A stretch of 49,302 nt of DNA, taken from contig CM097883.1 of NCBI GenBank assembly GCA_044892505.1, positions 80,228,001 through 80,277,302 on the forward strand, read 5' to 3'. Both the position numbers and the translations under genes were made by a program. Source of the stretch: Schmidtea nova. Its lineage: Eukaryota. The notes below the pieces were generated by a model that was given only the letters and a program-made list of their open reading frames with translations, was not told the DNA's origin and ran no database searches. Positions 11,319 to 23,899 of this stretch are shown here, one piece after another (the stretch's first letter is position 1; each line of letters begins with the position of its first letter).

Positions 11319-11759
11319 CACTCAATTCTGTTTTTATGCGATTTTAAATTATGCAAACAAATATTTTATACGATTTAGAAATTATACGACTTGTTCCTTC
11401 TTTTTTTTGTGCTCGTCATGATTCTTTTCTCGTCTACTTCTTCTTCACTCATTGCGTAGTAAAAAAAACAATTTATCACACTGTGCTCATTATTATTGTG
11501 TCTGGTGTGGTTTTAAGTCGATATCAGTGAAATTTGTTGTAAACTGTTTCATGGTGTAATTTTAATTTGAGTTGTTTTGTTTTTATTAGATAAATGTAAA
11601 AAATTAAAAAAATTATTTTTTTATAAATTTAAATTAAATTTTTTTTAATTAAAATTAATGAACTTATGCCTATTTATTCAATGTCGATGGTGTCTTTTAT
11701 GCGATTTTTTATGCTTTTTTCTAAGGAACGTATCAATCGCATAAAAACAGAATTGAGTG
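11319..11759. mobile_element. Tc1/mariner-pogo type MITE, 441 bp
   Basis: Perfect 25-bp TIRs CACTCAATTCTGTTTTTATGCGATT, flanked by TA on both sides (11317-11318, 11760-11761). Confidence 0.88.
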
Positions 11760-11849
11760 TAATATAATAAAATTGGGACTTTTTGCCGATTTTTCATAAA
11801 AATATCCCAAACAGGGATTCGATGTATTGTTGTATGTGGCACTACTTTG

Positions 11850-12480
11850 CCGTATTGTAGATATTTTTGTTTATATTCGCTGTTCACATAGCCTAAAACG
11901 CTGCAGCTAGATAGTTGAAAATTTAGAGAGACGTACCTTTGATGCCAAAGCTGCAAAGTAAAGAGAGATTTTTTTCGATAGCTCGATATAAAATACAGAA
12001 TTTATTTTAACGTTACTATTAAAATTATAAAAGTGATGAAGTAATAACGGAATGTATTAAAGCAGATATTAAGGTAAGCAAGTTTTCTGAATTATTTAGT
12101 TTTAAGAATGGAGATGGGTAAGTTGAAGAGGAGGACGGAAAAATTAATTTTACGAACAAGCTGTGTTAGGAAGTTAGATATTTCAATATTTTAACTGAGA
12201 GAATTGACCCGGAATTAAGAATTTGAGCATTAAAGAATCGTCATTGTTGAAAGATAAGGAGATTCTACTCCCTAAAATGACATGCCAGTAATTATGAACA
12301 ATTCATTATTAATGAAGTTAGCATCTGAAGAATTGTAACATATGATCATTGAAGTCTATGCGGGAGAATACGATTTGCTACCCAGTTGGGTTTTTCTATA
12401 CCCTTAACTTAAATTACTCGAGACTGTTTCAAATTGGGAGCTTCAATAGTATTGCTACACAATATTAAACCTCAAAAACG
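11850..12480 (+). mobile_element. Helitron PIF1-like helicase relic
   Basis: SDEVITECIKA, GDG*VEEEDGKI, ILLPK, YPVGFFYTL and KLGASIVLLHNIKPQK appear in PIF1/Helitron order, with multiple frameshifts. Confidence 0.75.
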
Positions 12481-12616
12481 GCAAACTCTTTTTATATATT
12501 ATATTGTAACTATTAATATTATGCTAATTATAAATAAGGTTAAAAATGAAACTTAGTAATTTATTAAAACATTAATAAATTATATAAATATATAAATAAT
12601 TATATACTTATATAAT

Positions 12617-12648
<32 letters not shown>

Positions 12649-13799
12649 AATAATTAAACGTTCGACATTTGAGAATATAAGATGTGATAAGACTTACGAT
12701 TTTATACTCATTGACATTGACTGATAGTATTTAATAGTAGATTAACGGTTTACATAGAAATGTAGCCTATATGAGGATAATGCTGAGTTTTGATAAATTT
12801 ATTTGGTACGGCTGAATTTCCTGGTATTCAGTAGTTTAGCCGAAAGCGGATGAGAACCAATATTCCAATAATACTATTAAATCCTTATTAATTACGATGT
12901 TTCAATAATAAACTCAATGTAACAATAATTAAAATTTTCGTATTTATCCAAATATAAGACACTCCCCAATTTTTATCGTAAAAATTCAGAAAAATATTTT
13001 TTATAAGATACCGATATAAAACGATACCAAAAAAACACTAGCCAAATCCTTAAATATTTATATGAAAGACTACAAAAGCGTGAATATATGTTTTGATAAA
13101 TTTTCTTCATTTGAGTCAGTATCATTAGTATTTTGTTCTTTATATGATGCAATAAAACAATAAAGCCTAGCAATATACAGGCAGATGGGGACATTTTGAG
13201 TGCCTTGTGTTCACGTGTAATTTATTCAATAAAAAATGGTTCGATAATAAAACAATCTTAACCCTTTCCTATCTTCTTTATTTTATGTGTCCCGCCCGTT
13301 CCAATCCTAATAATGACTAGATATGAAAGTATAGTGCAATGACATAATCGCTCTATAAACAGTTGGTCATAATATAATCGACAGTGCATTGGAAATAAAC
13401 TTTTCAAAAATAATGTCATTTTTTTACAGACAGAGGATAGAATGGTTAATTTTTTTGTCATATTTTTATAGACACAGGATAGGAAAGGTTTAATTTTTAA
13501 TTAATTTCAGTGGTAAAACCCTCGTCTAACATTCGGGTCAGTGCGATAATAAAATTTGACAAATCACAATGAAGCTTTCTAATATGTCATATTAAGTAGA
13601 TATTATCTTAAAAAAGATAAAAATGGACAATTTTTTGGGATATTAATTAATGATATTCTCGTCATTTTAAAATATTTTCATAACCTATTTCAATATAATA
13701 TATTTTAAAATATAAATAAATCGAGATTTTACTGGACATTTGAATTTTAATTTTAAAATTGAAATTAAGGAGAACTTATAAATAATAAAACAATAATCT

Positions 13800-14560
13800 T
13801 TACCATCATTCGGATAAGACGGGCCATAATTAATAGTACGCCATGAATCATCTGCTGATGTCGGTTTTTCAATATCATAGAGTTCTTTATTTATTTCAGG
13901 TGCAATTACCTTGCGAGAATCTGGAAATATTTATCGTAACAATTCAATTAGCAATGCCCAATTTCACACTATTTCTCACAAATTCTCAAAACGTTTTACA
14001 CGATTACCTAATTCCTTCTTGTCACTGTATTTGTCCCCCGACCAAACGCGTACATAAATAAATCAGAAATGACAACTTATAAGGAGTTTACAAATACACC
14101 CAATCAAAATACATTTGTCCGTAATTATTTCCAAAAAGCTTCCTAGTCTGCCCTACACATTATCCGTACAGTTGACAACATACAACTATTCCAAACTTTA
14201 TTCTTTTGAACAAATTCCGATAACCGCAACAATGTTAAAGATCCAAAACTGAAAATTCCATTTTTAACATTTTCTTCATACTTGTCTCAATAAATTTTGG
14301 AGCAAACACACCAAACTCCGAAGATCATTTGAATAAATCTAATTAATCCATATTGTGCAATACAATAGATTTTGCCTTTATATTTTACACTTTATATTTC
14401 AAATTCATTTGGAAATTAAAATGTGTCCTCCAAACCACTGCGAATGGCAAGATATGATAAAAATAATGCATCTAATGCATCTTAAAACACGAAAGGCAAG
14501 GTTTATGTCACATATACGTAATGTATGTACTATTTCCCGGCATATTACAAAACCTTTTAC
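13800..14560 (-). mobile_element. Highly degenerate Ty3/gypsy reverse transcriptase relic
   Basis: LRICD, YGLIRFIQMIFG (cf. GL.RF.R.PFG), VISDLFMY (degenerate DD box) and PDSRKV...EKPTS...R.INY (RT/RNase H tether), in the expected order. Confidence 0.45.
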
Positions 14561-15451
14561 AATAGTTCTATAACAAAAATCATAAGTGCCTCTTCATATT
14601 CCTTGACTAATTTGATCAATGATCTTTACTTAACTTGGCACAATGATTTATTGAGGACTATTGAGAATGCTCAACTGCCTTCCAGTTAATAAATCAATAA
14701 ATAAGATTTCCAAATTCCAGTAATACTTGAAGGAGATACACAGTAGGTAACATGATATGCCTTTCAATAAGGAACTTTCATTCCCAGTCAATCGTTTCTC
14801 CTCAGTTCATTATAACATTACATGCGTTAACTTAACTAAAATAAGTATCCTATCCATTTCCCCTATTTTCAACAAAATACATAACAATTTCCATTGTTAG
14901 TCAACTGTCACAGTGCACTTTTCATCTTCCTCAATTAATATCAAAATTGTTGTAGTCAATGTATTTTTTGGATTACAAAAATATAGTTTCGAAACAAAAA
15001 AAAACCAATTCGAACTGAAATTATTTAAAGCCATTTATGAAAATGGAAAATCAAAAAAATAATCTCATTTTTCTTCATTTATTTTCAGCCTCGAGATCAA
15101 TATTTTAATTTATATTTAACATAAATTTCCGGCGAAAGCTTTCTCAGTACTCGTAAGAAAGGTTGTGTCGAAAAATACATTTTGAAAAAGAGATGCCAAA
15201 AATTTGTATTAAATAGAAAACACATTTATTCGAAAGAACGGAAATAAACTAAATCGTAAATAATAAGTAAAAATATATAATCTGAAAGGAAATGAGGAGA
15301 AAAGAAATTGAAAATGAAAATAGGTAAATGGTGATGGAATAGAAATGGAATTGTACACATCGATTGAATCAGTGGAATTCAATTATTCACTAGTGAGACG
15401 GTTAACATGTTTCTGCTCTACCAATTTATCTATATTATGATTCTTCTTTCA

Positions 15452-15732
15452 ATTCATCACTTAGAAAAGGCCGTGAGTCTCAATCCAAATTTTTTAGAAG
15501 CTCATGTTAATCTTGGTCATATCTTTAAACAAGCAAAGATATTCGATCGTACCGTTGCTGCCTATACCGAAGCATTAACTTTGGATTCTGATAATCGTAT
15601 TTTACACGGGAATGTTGTTTGTGTCTATTACGAACAGGGTTTGTATGAACTTGCTATTGACAGCTCTCGCAAAGCTATTGAATTGCACCTTATTTTCCCG
15701 ACGCGTACTGCAATCTAGCAAATGTATTGAAA
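15452..15732 (+). pseudogene. OGT: O-GlcNAc transferase TPR-region fragment
   Basis: [38 protein letters not shown]...[27 protein letters not shown]; after a 1-nt frameshift near 15687 it continues [13 protein letters not shown]. This closely matches recalled OGT TPRs. Truncated at both ends. Confidence 0.88.
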
Positions 15733-15989
15733 AGGAAAACTGAAACGAGAGCCCCTAGTGTGAATGGCCAACAATTCAATCGAGTCAACGTGAAGACAAT
15801 GTCACATATAGTGAATGTAATTTGCACTTAAGAATGTTCCAGCCAAACACCTTTGCCTACAGATATATGTCGCATGTTTTCTGAACACATTTTAATTGAA
15901 ATTTCGATAGGAAATACCAGCACAAAGCAGGATAGTATCAGACTACTTATTAATAACATTGAATTAGTATTGGAAACAATAACTGGAGT

Positions 15990-17970
15990 TTTTTCTCAAA
16001 GTTCCTGATGAAGCCGTAATGATTGTAAAAAGTGATTATAATGAAACTTGTCTTAATGAACCGTCTGCTTCGACCGCATCGCCAATTAGAAAAAGCAATA
16101 CATTTACCGAGTCGATAACGAGCGACATTCAGACTTCTAATCTTTCGCCGTCTAATGAAAATGCTTTCACTAGTGTCAACTCACACCAAAATCAGTCGCA
16201 AGTGTCAAGTGGCTATTTTAGAATTAATTCTCCACCACATATTGTATTTAACCAATTTAAAATGTAATCAATTAAACCGTTTAGTGCGAATACCGGCAAC
16301 CACCCTAACTTATTGGATCTTTTAATTTATTGAGAAAAGTCTATAGTTCAAACCTCTCCCAATTTCAATCACCAAGTTCAATATAGCATTTACTAAGTCA
16401 AGTATTAGATGTCATTCAAAGATCCAAAGAACCAGATGCTGTTATTGTTTTTCAAAGTTAAGCTGAGACATTTCTACGTCATTCTGACTGTAGTGGAATC
16501 CATGAAGATCTAAATAAATCAGATGACTCCGATCATTTTTCTTGTCTCAATACCAGTCTTGCTATTGACGACACGTCCATGAATTTGCGCGCATTTACAC
16601 TCCTCAACTAATCGGTCAACAAGCTCATTCGGCAGTTACAAACAATATACTACCAATCATAAATGCCAATAACAATATTGATAGTCTACTTGTGAACAAT
16701 TCAGATCCAAATCTTAACAATATCGGTTCAACAATCAACTGAACAACAATGATAACAATCTCAAAGATATTTTGTTTCAGCCTAGATATTCAGATTCTAA
16801 TTACCCAAGGCTAACAAATCATGCACACGCAGTAATGGAAACATCTGATTCTCAAACTATGTTGCCAAATGATCACTTTGCAGAAGGCATAGTTCCAGAG
16901 CAATTCGACATGGAAGCTAGTAATGCATCTCTTGACAACATATCAGACGTCGAAGAGCCCCATACAATTGTTAATAGGCCCCAATATATCAGTTTTCATG
17001 CGAATTCCAATAAGAAACATAAAACTATTTCTGATACACTCGATTCTTTTAATTTATTCCACATTATTTCTGGACATTCAAACGCTAAATCAACAGGTAA
17101 TAAAAAGCTTTGTAGAAAACAAGCCAATTTAGCAAAATCTATCACTGGCACATTGAGCTCCTGTTTGACATAATAATACCCTTTCAAAATTTCAAGAAAG
17201 CGTTCTTAACGCCTTAGCTAACCGAAGAAACACTAGACAATTACAACACGATTCAGAATCTCACGCTGTAACACAACCAACTTCTTCCGGTTGTTCTTCT
17301 TCTCTAGCCACTAGTACAACAAGTCATACACTACATCAAAGTCTATAGATTCACAAAGTAGTAACTTTATGTCTGAAACAGTGCTACAACATATTAGTAA
17401 AATACAATTTTCAATCGGCGTTACAATTTTACCAACTAAAATGACACTGTAACAAGCTATTTGTTATACAATTCCTTTCTCACCACAACATTCATTATCG
17501 ACCTATATGCGCAACAAATCCGTCTGTATATACTTCCAAACGAAATCTCAAGTCAGCTAGCTGGTGATAATGCTACATTTGGTGCTGATATCAATGAAAT
17601 AGTGTCAATACTGCAACAATTTCAAACAGATAAGAGAACTACCTCGTCTCATATAAACAACCGAAATCAGAGAACTTCGAATGTTTCGACTAACACAATT
17701 TGTCAATCGACTCGTGGCCAGCCACCTTCTTCAAATTATTCGTCCATATCGCCACCCACTAAATTGCTATCAGAACAGCCCGTGTCCAATGAGTTTATCC
17801 AGGAGCCGAAGAATTTCAATTTAACCGGAGATAAAAGCCAGACTATGGCAAGTTTTATTGTCAATTTTCATGTGTATTTCGGTATGACCTTTTCGATCCA
17901 CCCTACCAGATTGGACACCACGGTGAGTATCGGCGTTTCGGAACCCGCAAATATAATTCATCCGCTTTTG
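15990..17970 (+). other. Broken S/T/N-rich coding-like tract, probably retroelement-associated
   Basis: Successive plus-strand ORFs (16019, 16772, 17461) of similar composition; EPKNFNLTGDKSQ...F..NF..YF weakly resembles a gypsy gag N-terminus. Confidence 0.3.
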
Positions 17971-18170
17971 TCTCTTTTTTGTTTTGTGGGGCAAAACATA
18001 TTATTTACCCCAAGCCTCTACCTCCACTGTTAGGACTTTAAGGGCCGCTTTACACAATCTGACACCAATCAGTGTGTATGTCAGCTATATTTTAATGGAT
18101 ATCGCCTCGAAGATCAAGAACTTTTGTCAACTTACGGTATAACGCATAATAGAGTAATCCAAGGTTTTTT
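17968..18170 (+). pseudogene. Ubiquitin-like domain relic (one in-frame stop)
   Basis: GQNILF...*DFKGRF...QLYFNGYRLEDQELLSTYGITHNRVIQ aligns near-register with ubiquitin GKTITL...NVKAKI...[28 protein letters not shown]. The stop is TAG at 18031-18033. Confidence 0.5.
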
Positions 18171-18344
18171 TCTCTCCTCGGTGGCAACTCAGACTCAGAG
18201 AGTGACCATCAGGATGATGACATTAAGTCCAATGAGAAAAAATGAACTCTAACTCCAAATCACATAAACAGCGGTCCACCTATTTATGTCAGTATTTTCT
18301 AGACGAAAATAACTCCCCTTTAACATAGTTGATATCCACCGAGC

Positions 18345-19020
18345 TCACACTTGAAGATATAGGAGTTAACTTGTCTCGCGACAAGAATTGCCGTATCCTT
18401 CCGCTCATTCTGCCTACTATCTTCAGCAAACTTTCTGCTGTGATTCTATGAACTTCCACGCCTACTTTTAAAAAACCCTACGAGAAGTTAAAAACTGCGT
18501 TCCTTGATATTTTTAAGGAGCCAACTGCAGCGGTTTTTACAAAATAATTTAAAACCCAAACATTGGGTAAAAAAACCATCACGATTTCTTCAGCATGATA
18601 TAGCTGAATTAAAACAGATGCATTCAGGTGCAGCAGCTGATAAGAATTTGTTGATGCAACTCTTTCTTTCAGCTTTACCACCACATGCCCACCAAATTCT
18701 GACTCTCTTCTGCTGAAGACTTTGTCGAACTAGCAAAAATGGCCGACAAGATAAACGAAGTAGTTCTTCTTGGTGCACAGTTTGCGTATGCGATCCAAGT
18801 AGGTCACCAACCTATCATGACATCTTCTTCATCCTCTGCTTCAATTAAGCCCTCAACTGAAGAAGCTCTAATTGCAGCCATCACTGGGCTTAGAAAACGC
18901 ATCACAGAACTCGAGAGCTCGATGTCTTCTAGACAACCTTGTGACGTAGCACGAAATCACAACCGTAGACGCTCTCCTTCACGCTCATCCTCTAACTATG
19001 TTGTGTATGTTTTTTCATAA
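18345..19020 (+). mobile_element. Ty3/gypsy gag relic
   Basis: NPYEKLKTAF, LG.KPSRFL, LLMQLFLSALPPHAHQIL, ELAKMADKINEV, coiled coil LIAAITGLRKRITEL and RRRSPSRSSS; frameshifted; no pol follows. Confidence 0.75.
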
Positions 19021-21063
19021 TTTTTAGTTTGACATTTTTGAATTTAAAAAATTTGACCTCGTGGTGACCTTAAGTTTACCTTGTCCCATGATGACCTTGA
19101 CCTCATTATTTGTCCTTAAAAATAAAAATTTTTGATGACTCGTCGTGTGTGTCTGCGCAAAAAAAGGTACTCCCATCAGGGAGTCGCTTCATTTTGATTG
19201 GATGCACACATGCGATGGCGTGATATGTCTTTATTCCTCTGTCCACACTTCTAGTCTACTTGATACCTATAGATCTTCTGAGTATAAAATCAAAGAAACC
19301 GAGTAAAAATATCGACCCATGTTAACACAGTCTAGAACTCACACCTTGAGTATCTCTAGTCTAGATTATCTGATACGGTAATGTAAAGCATAAAAAGAAA
19401 TTTAACTTAATACTTCATATATAATTTGTCAGCGAAATATCCTGTATTAAATTAAAATATTATTTAATTATTAATTTTCCACTTATAAAATATTATGTTA
19501 AATTTCTTTTTATATTATTATTTAAAATTTTATTTTACAAAATTCACCTTTATAAATTATTATCCTAGCCTGCATCAGGGCCTTTTGCCTCCTGTGTGAT
19601 ATGTAAAAGTCAGAATTCATGAGAAGGAAAATATTCAGAAAGAAATGATAAGGCAATTGAAAAGAATTTCGTATTGGAGTGATCAGGATCTTTTAATATC
19701 GAAATAACTGCGGAGAAAGGCTTAACACTTTTACCTTATTAGAATATCAATATGTTGACAAACGGAAAAAGTTTAGTATTTTTAACACAAGTAATTCAAA
19801 GCTATTGTTATATCTTTAAGGCTTTCAATTCCATAATTATTAGTATAAAAAAAGTTATTTAAAGGATAATCTACTTTTGAAAATAATGTGAAATAATGCT
19901 TTTAATGTATAACAATCAAAACAACTTCCATATAAGTACGCTTGATAGAAATGCCTCTGTTTGATATTATATAAAAGCCAGAACATTTTTGTAAACTCTT
20001 ATAAACGGAAACTGTTAATGTGCTCTCAACGGTTCACACTGCTAGGTTAACATATGCGTCCTGTGCTTTTTAAGTTTATTTAACATTTCGCTACATGCAA
20101 TGACGTAAGATCGCCTGGAGTGTTTTACAAAGTTAATCTTTATTTTATAAATCAAAATATGCAAAATAAAAGCAATAATGAAATATTGGTATACATTTTT
20201 GTAAATTGAGTAAAAATGTATTTAAATAACATGAACCCGCAAATGCTCTTTCAGCACAGTACAAAAGTCCCATCAAAATTTATGAATACAATGAACATTA
20301 TTCCAAATAAAAGTTTAACAAATGTGTTTTTATGTTATACTCTTACTTTTGAAATCTATGCATTCAACAAAATAAACTTCCAAAACGCAGAAATATATTT
20401 ATGTGCACCCACGTGTAAATTTTAACATTAAAATTCTTCCATCACGATATTATTCTTTTTTACCTTGTCAAAACATTTGATAATTTATAATAATCAATGT
20501 GTTGCCAGATATACTGTCTTTTACGGTTTTATTACAAAGGTGTTATATAATTATATTTATCATTAAAATATCTATACACATAGAACTTTGATAACACGCT
20601 TCAATAAGATTAAGATCCTTGGGTATAATGTCAAGATGAGAAAAGATTAGAAGCATATCATACATTATGAAGTTCATCGTTTCTAGATAAGTCATTGTAA
20701 ATTCCATATTTAACGATTGAACCTATACGATATGGACCATATTTCAATGTCCATATTGCAAATGATATTCTGACTTTCCATTTATATTCTTCGAAGAACT
20801 AATTTTTTCATTTCAAAAATCATTATCAAATTTTTTAATACAATTTACCATAACTCATCACCATTAAAAACGAACCACCCGTTTGCAATGAACAGTCATT
20901 TTTAATGTCTCTTAATAAATTATAATGACATCTTCGATTTTTTAAGTCCATCTATACGTATTCCGATTCCGTTGGTTAATAAATCATATAGTTAATACAT
21001 GACGACTATTTACACATCTTTTTATAAATGTTAGCAAATTGTTCATTTAAATAATTTTTCTAT

Positions 21064-21353
21064 TTAGAAAAATAGATTTTTTAACACATTGACTGTCATG
21101 AATAATTCGGAATTCAAAAGTCCACCTCTTTTAGGGGTTAAAAGTGAAAATGATGCCAGCGAGGGCCAGGACTCTCTAATATTCCAGCTTATATATAGAG
21201 CGTCTTGATTTGCATCCAGCTTCACGGTTCTCCTACAATGGTTGTCACTCAATGTGTAACATCATTGACTCACAGAAGGTGATTAATTAGAATAAATACT
21301 TACACAACACGTAAGCATTGAATAAAATTACAAATTCACTTTTTATACATAAT
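21064..21353 (-). pseudogene. Decayed SPOC-like sequence continuing the TASOR-like gene
   Basis: One reading frame with 4 stops: YV*KVNL*FYSMLTCCVSIYS...TVKLDANQ...GGLLNSELFMTV. It aligns ungapped with recalled TASOR SPOC TLWKGQLLNKGKLLCYISLRS and loosely with EKLD... and NGMYCSLYEV. Confidence 0.4.
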
Positions 21354-21357
21354 TTAA

Positions 21358-21556
21358 TCCTTTCGGCGCCATCTGTATATCTATGTACATCAGGTCGGTC
21401 ATACAAAATGAGCGAATAAACGCGCTTCACTTTGTACTCATTTTACTAGTTAAGGTCGAGCGTTTTGTGTGACAAAATGTTTAACACAGTGACATCTCTT
21501 GAAAATTCGCGGCCTATAGTAAACGGTCTTACTAACAATTTGCAGCGTTTAAAGGG
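21358..21556. mobile_element. piggyBac-like MITE, 199 bp
   Basis: TTAA|TCCTTT...AAAGGG|TTAA: TTAA on both sides with piggyBac-type CCCTTT termini and a GC-richer interior. The TIR match is short. Confidence 0.5.
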
Positions 21557-21699
21557 TTAATATGTTACCTAATGGTAACACGATAGTAACTCAACGATTA
21601 TTAGAATTGAATATTATTAGGATTAAAGTTTCAATTAATTTCAATAATATAAATGTATCAAATTCATATAAAATGTGAATTAATTATTTATAACCTTAC

Positions 21700-22168
21700 C
21701 TTCGGTGTCTATGTTTTGAGTTGAAGATTTTTTGTAATCTGAATATTGACGATCCCAAAATGAAATCGGTGTGTGCTGAGACACCGGTTTTAATAATGCT
21801 AATGGACTTTGGTAAGTCACAGAAAACTTGTTATCTTCTGCGCCAGTTACATCTAATTTGTCATAAATCGGTTTATATTTAAAGATCATTGCAGCCGAAG
21901 GGCAACAATGTCTCGGACGAATTACAGGATCCAAATTGCCATTGGCAAATTCATAGAGATAAACCTATTATAATAGTTGATTTGCTCATAACAGTTTCCA
22001 TGAAAACAATAAAGCTTAATTTCCTACCAGAGATTTAATATATTGAATGGAATCATTTTCTTTTGGATCTGGTCTCTCTTCACATATGTGAGAGTCAAAT
22101 TTTGGAGTAGGCGCAAGAAGAACTTTGGGATCATGCATGGGAACAATCTTTCTTTTACCAAGCATGTA
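21700..22168 (-). CDS. TASOR: TASOR/TEX15-like DUF3715 protein, exons 4 (22168-22028) and 5 (21964-21700)
   Basis: Phase-0 63-nt GT-AG intron; open translation YMLGKRKIV...LAPTPKFDSHI...YIKSL|VYLYEFANG...RPRHCCPSAAMIFKYK, matching recalled TASOR IMKGKIK...LDPTPKHECHV...QYYFYEY...RPRHVCPYAVVSFTYK. Ends at a GTAAG donor. Confidence 0.88.
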
Positions 22169-22399
22169 CTAATGAAATGAAAATAAAATAAAATAATGTA
22201 GCTGCTGATTCAACATAGTTTCCGTTGTTTTTGTATATGTAAATATCCAAATAGAAAACAATATATTTTACAACAGTTCCACGAAGAGAAATTTCAATTT
22301 AACCATTTTGATAAATCACATTTCATATAAAGATTTTAAACTGGAAAAATAAATTATTTTATACACTCCTTAAGGTGTCCATATAAAGGTATTTTGGTT

Positions 22400-22850
22400 C
22401 ATTAAATTGAAATTTTCATTGTTTTTTTGTTTTGTTCTGAAATCCTTAAGCCACATAAATCGTCTTGTGGTTTCAAGATAAAATGAGAGTAACCTTTTCG
22501 CTCTTCCCTTAAAACCCCATAATTTTCATGTTTATTACCAAATCACAACTTAACATTAACATTACATTCAGTCACAAATAAAATCCATCAACATAGATTG
22601 TTCTTAAGGCACTAAGTTTATATTTTAAGACATAACATAACAACTAAACTTCCTTTAGACAGTTATCCTTTTTATTTCATGATACCATCAATCTATTGCA
22701 ACAACATATTCCAACAATAAAGATGAAATAAAATTCTTTTAATATATATAGGCTAGTGCTTAAGTTTTTAGAAAATAATAAAGTCAAAAATAACAACCTT
22801 GTCTTATTCCCGTAAACCAGTCGATTTTTAGGTGTTTCAAAATGCAAACT
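22400..22850 (-). mobile_element. LINE (CR1/L2-like) RT relic
   Basis: KHENYGFKGRAKRLLSFYL (cf. KL..YG.RG..L.LL.SYL) plus upstream FSK-like and DGI-like remnants; heavily frameshifted. Confidence 0.5.
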
Positions 22851-23899
22851 TCAACAAAAAGTTCTTCAAAGAAAATTATTTCCTTTTTGAAAAAGTTGGC
22901 CATGTAAGAACCGTAGAACAGAAAATGTTTTTAAGAATATTGTTAAACGAACTGATTGCTAAAATCAACAAAATTAATCTGAAGTCATAACAATGTAAGC
23001 TTGCACGCAGCACATGGAATAATAAATTATTGGAAGCGTGAAAACTTTAATTGATCCTTCATTGTCCTTAATTGCCTGATTTATCACCAAATGATTTCTT
23101 GTTCCCAACAATCGACAATAATTATCGCATTGTTAATAATTTAACAAAGTAGTCAAAGCTTATAAATTTCATATTTATAATACGTTTGTTCATAATAAAG
23201 GTGAATATTTTGAAAATCATTAAATTATTTTAATATAAAGATTTCTGTATAATTTTCTAAAAACTCAAGTAGTGACCCAAGTATACAAATTTAGTCACTA
23301 ATTTTATTTTGATCATCACATGGTTTTTCTATTTATTATAAGCCAATAAAATACCAAAAGTAACGAATAAAGAACTATACGAGTAATTACTGACACTTGT
23401 AATTATTTTGTACAGAATTTTGTTATTTATACCACAACTTCACACATTTCATGAACCAATCTTATAAACCTAAAATAATTTCGTTTAAATAATAGTCAGT
23501 GTCCATATCTTTCATAAATTGCATTTTTTCACTATTTACCTGAATTTTGTTATAGCATATCTTAATTCCCAACTTTTATTTAAGTTCCAGTTCAGTGCTT
23601 TATAATACTTCAAAAAAGACATTGATTTCAGACTTGTAGGTTTTACATAAGCACTGTATTCTAAAAATTTGTATTCTTATAATTAAATTTTGTCAATATC
23701 AGAGAAACCTCGGTTTTTCTTCGCCATTGGTAAAGGCAATTTTTATAGCTGAAAATGAAGTTAGCGGATAGTCGGAGTGAACATGATCATATTATTTTAA
23801 TGTCAACAAATATTAACTGAACATTTTTTCGATTGAAAACAAGTGATTTTTTTATAAAAACCAATAGATAAAAAAATTTTAAAGTACGTCAATTTCAGC

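Noticed and set aside
12939-13544. Possible Tc2/pogo TIR pair (CGTATTTATCCAAATATAAGAC / CGTCTAACATTCGGGTCAGTGCG)
   Set aside because: Only about two-thirds identity over 23 bp in AT-rich DNA, and no clear TSD.
21064-21252. Resemblance of RRTVKLDANQDALYISW to a phospholipase C PH domain
   Set aside because: The similarity is short and weak; position and register fit a TASOR SPOC remnant better.
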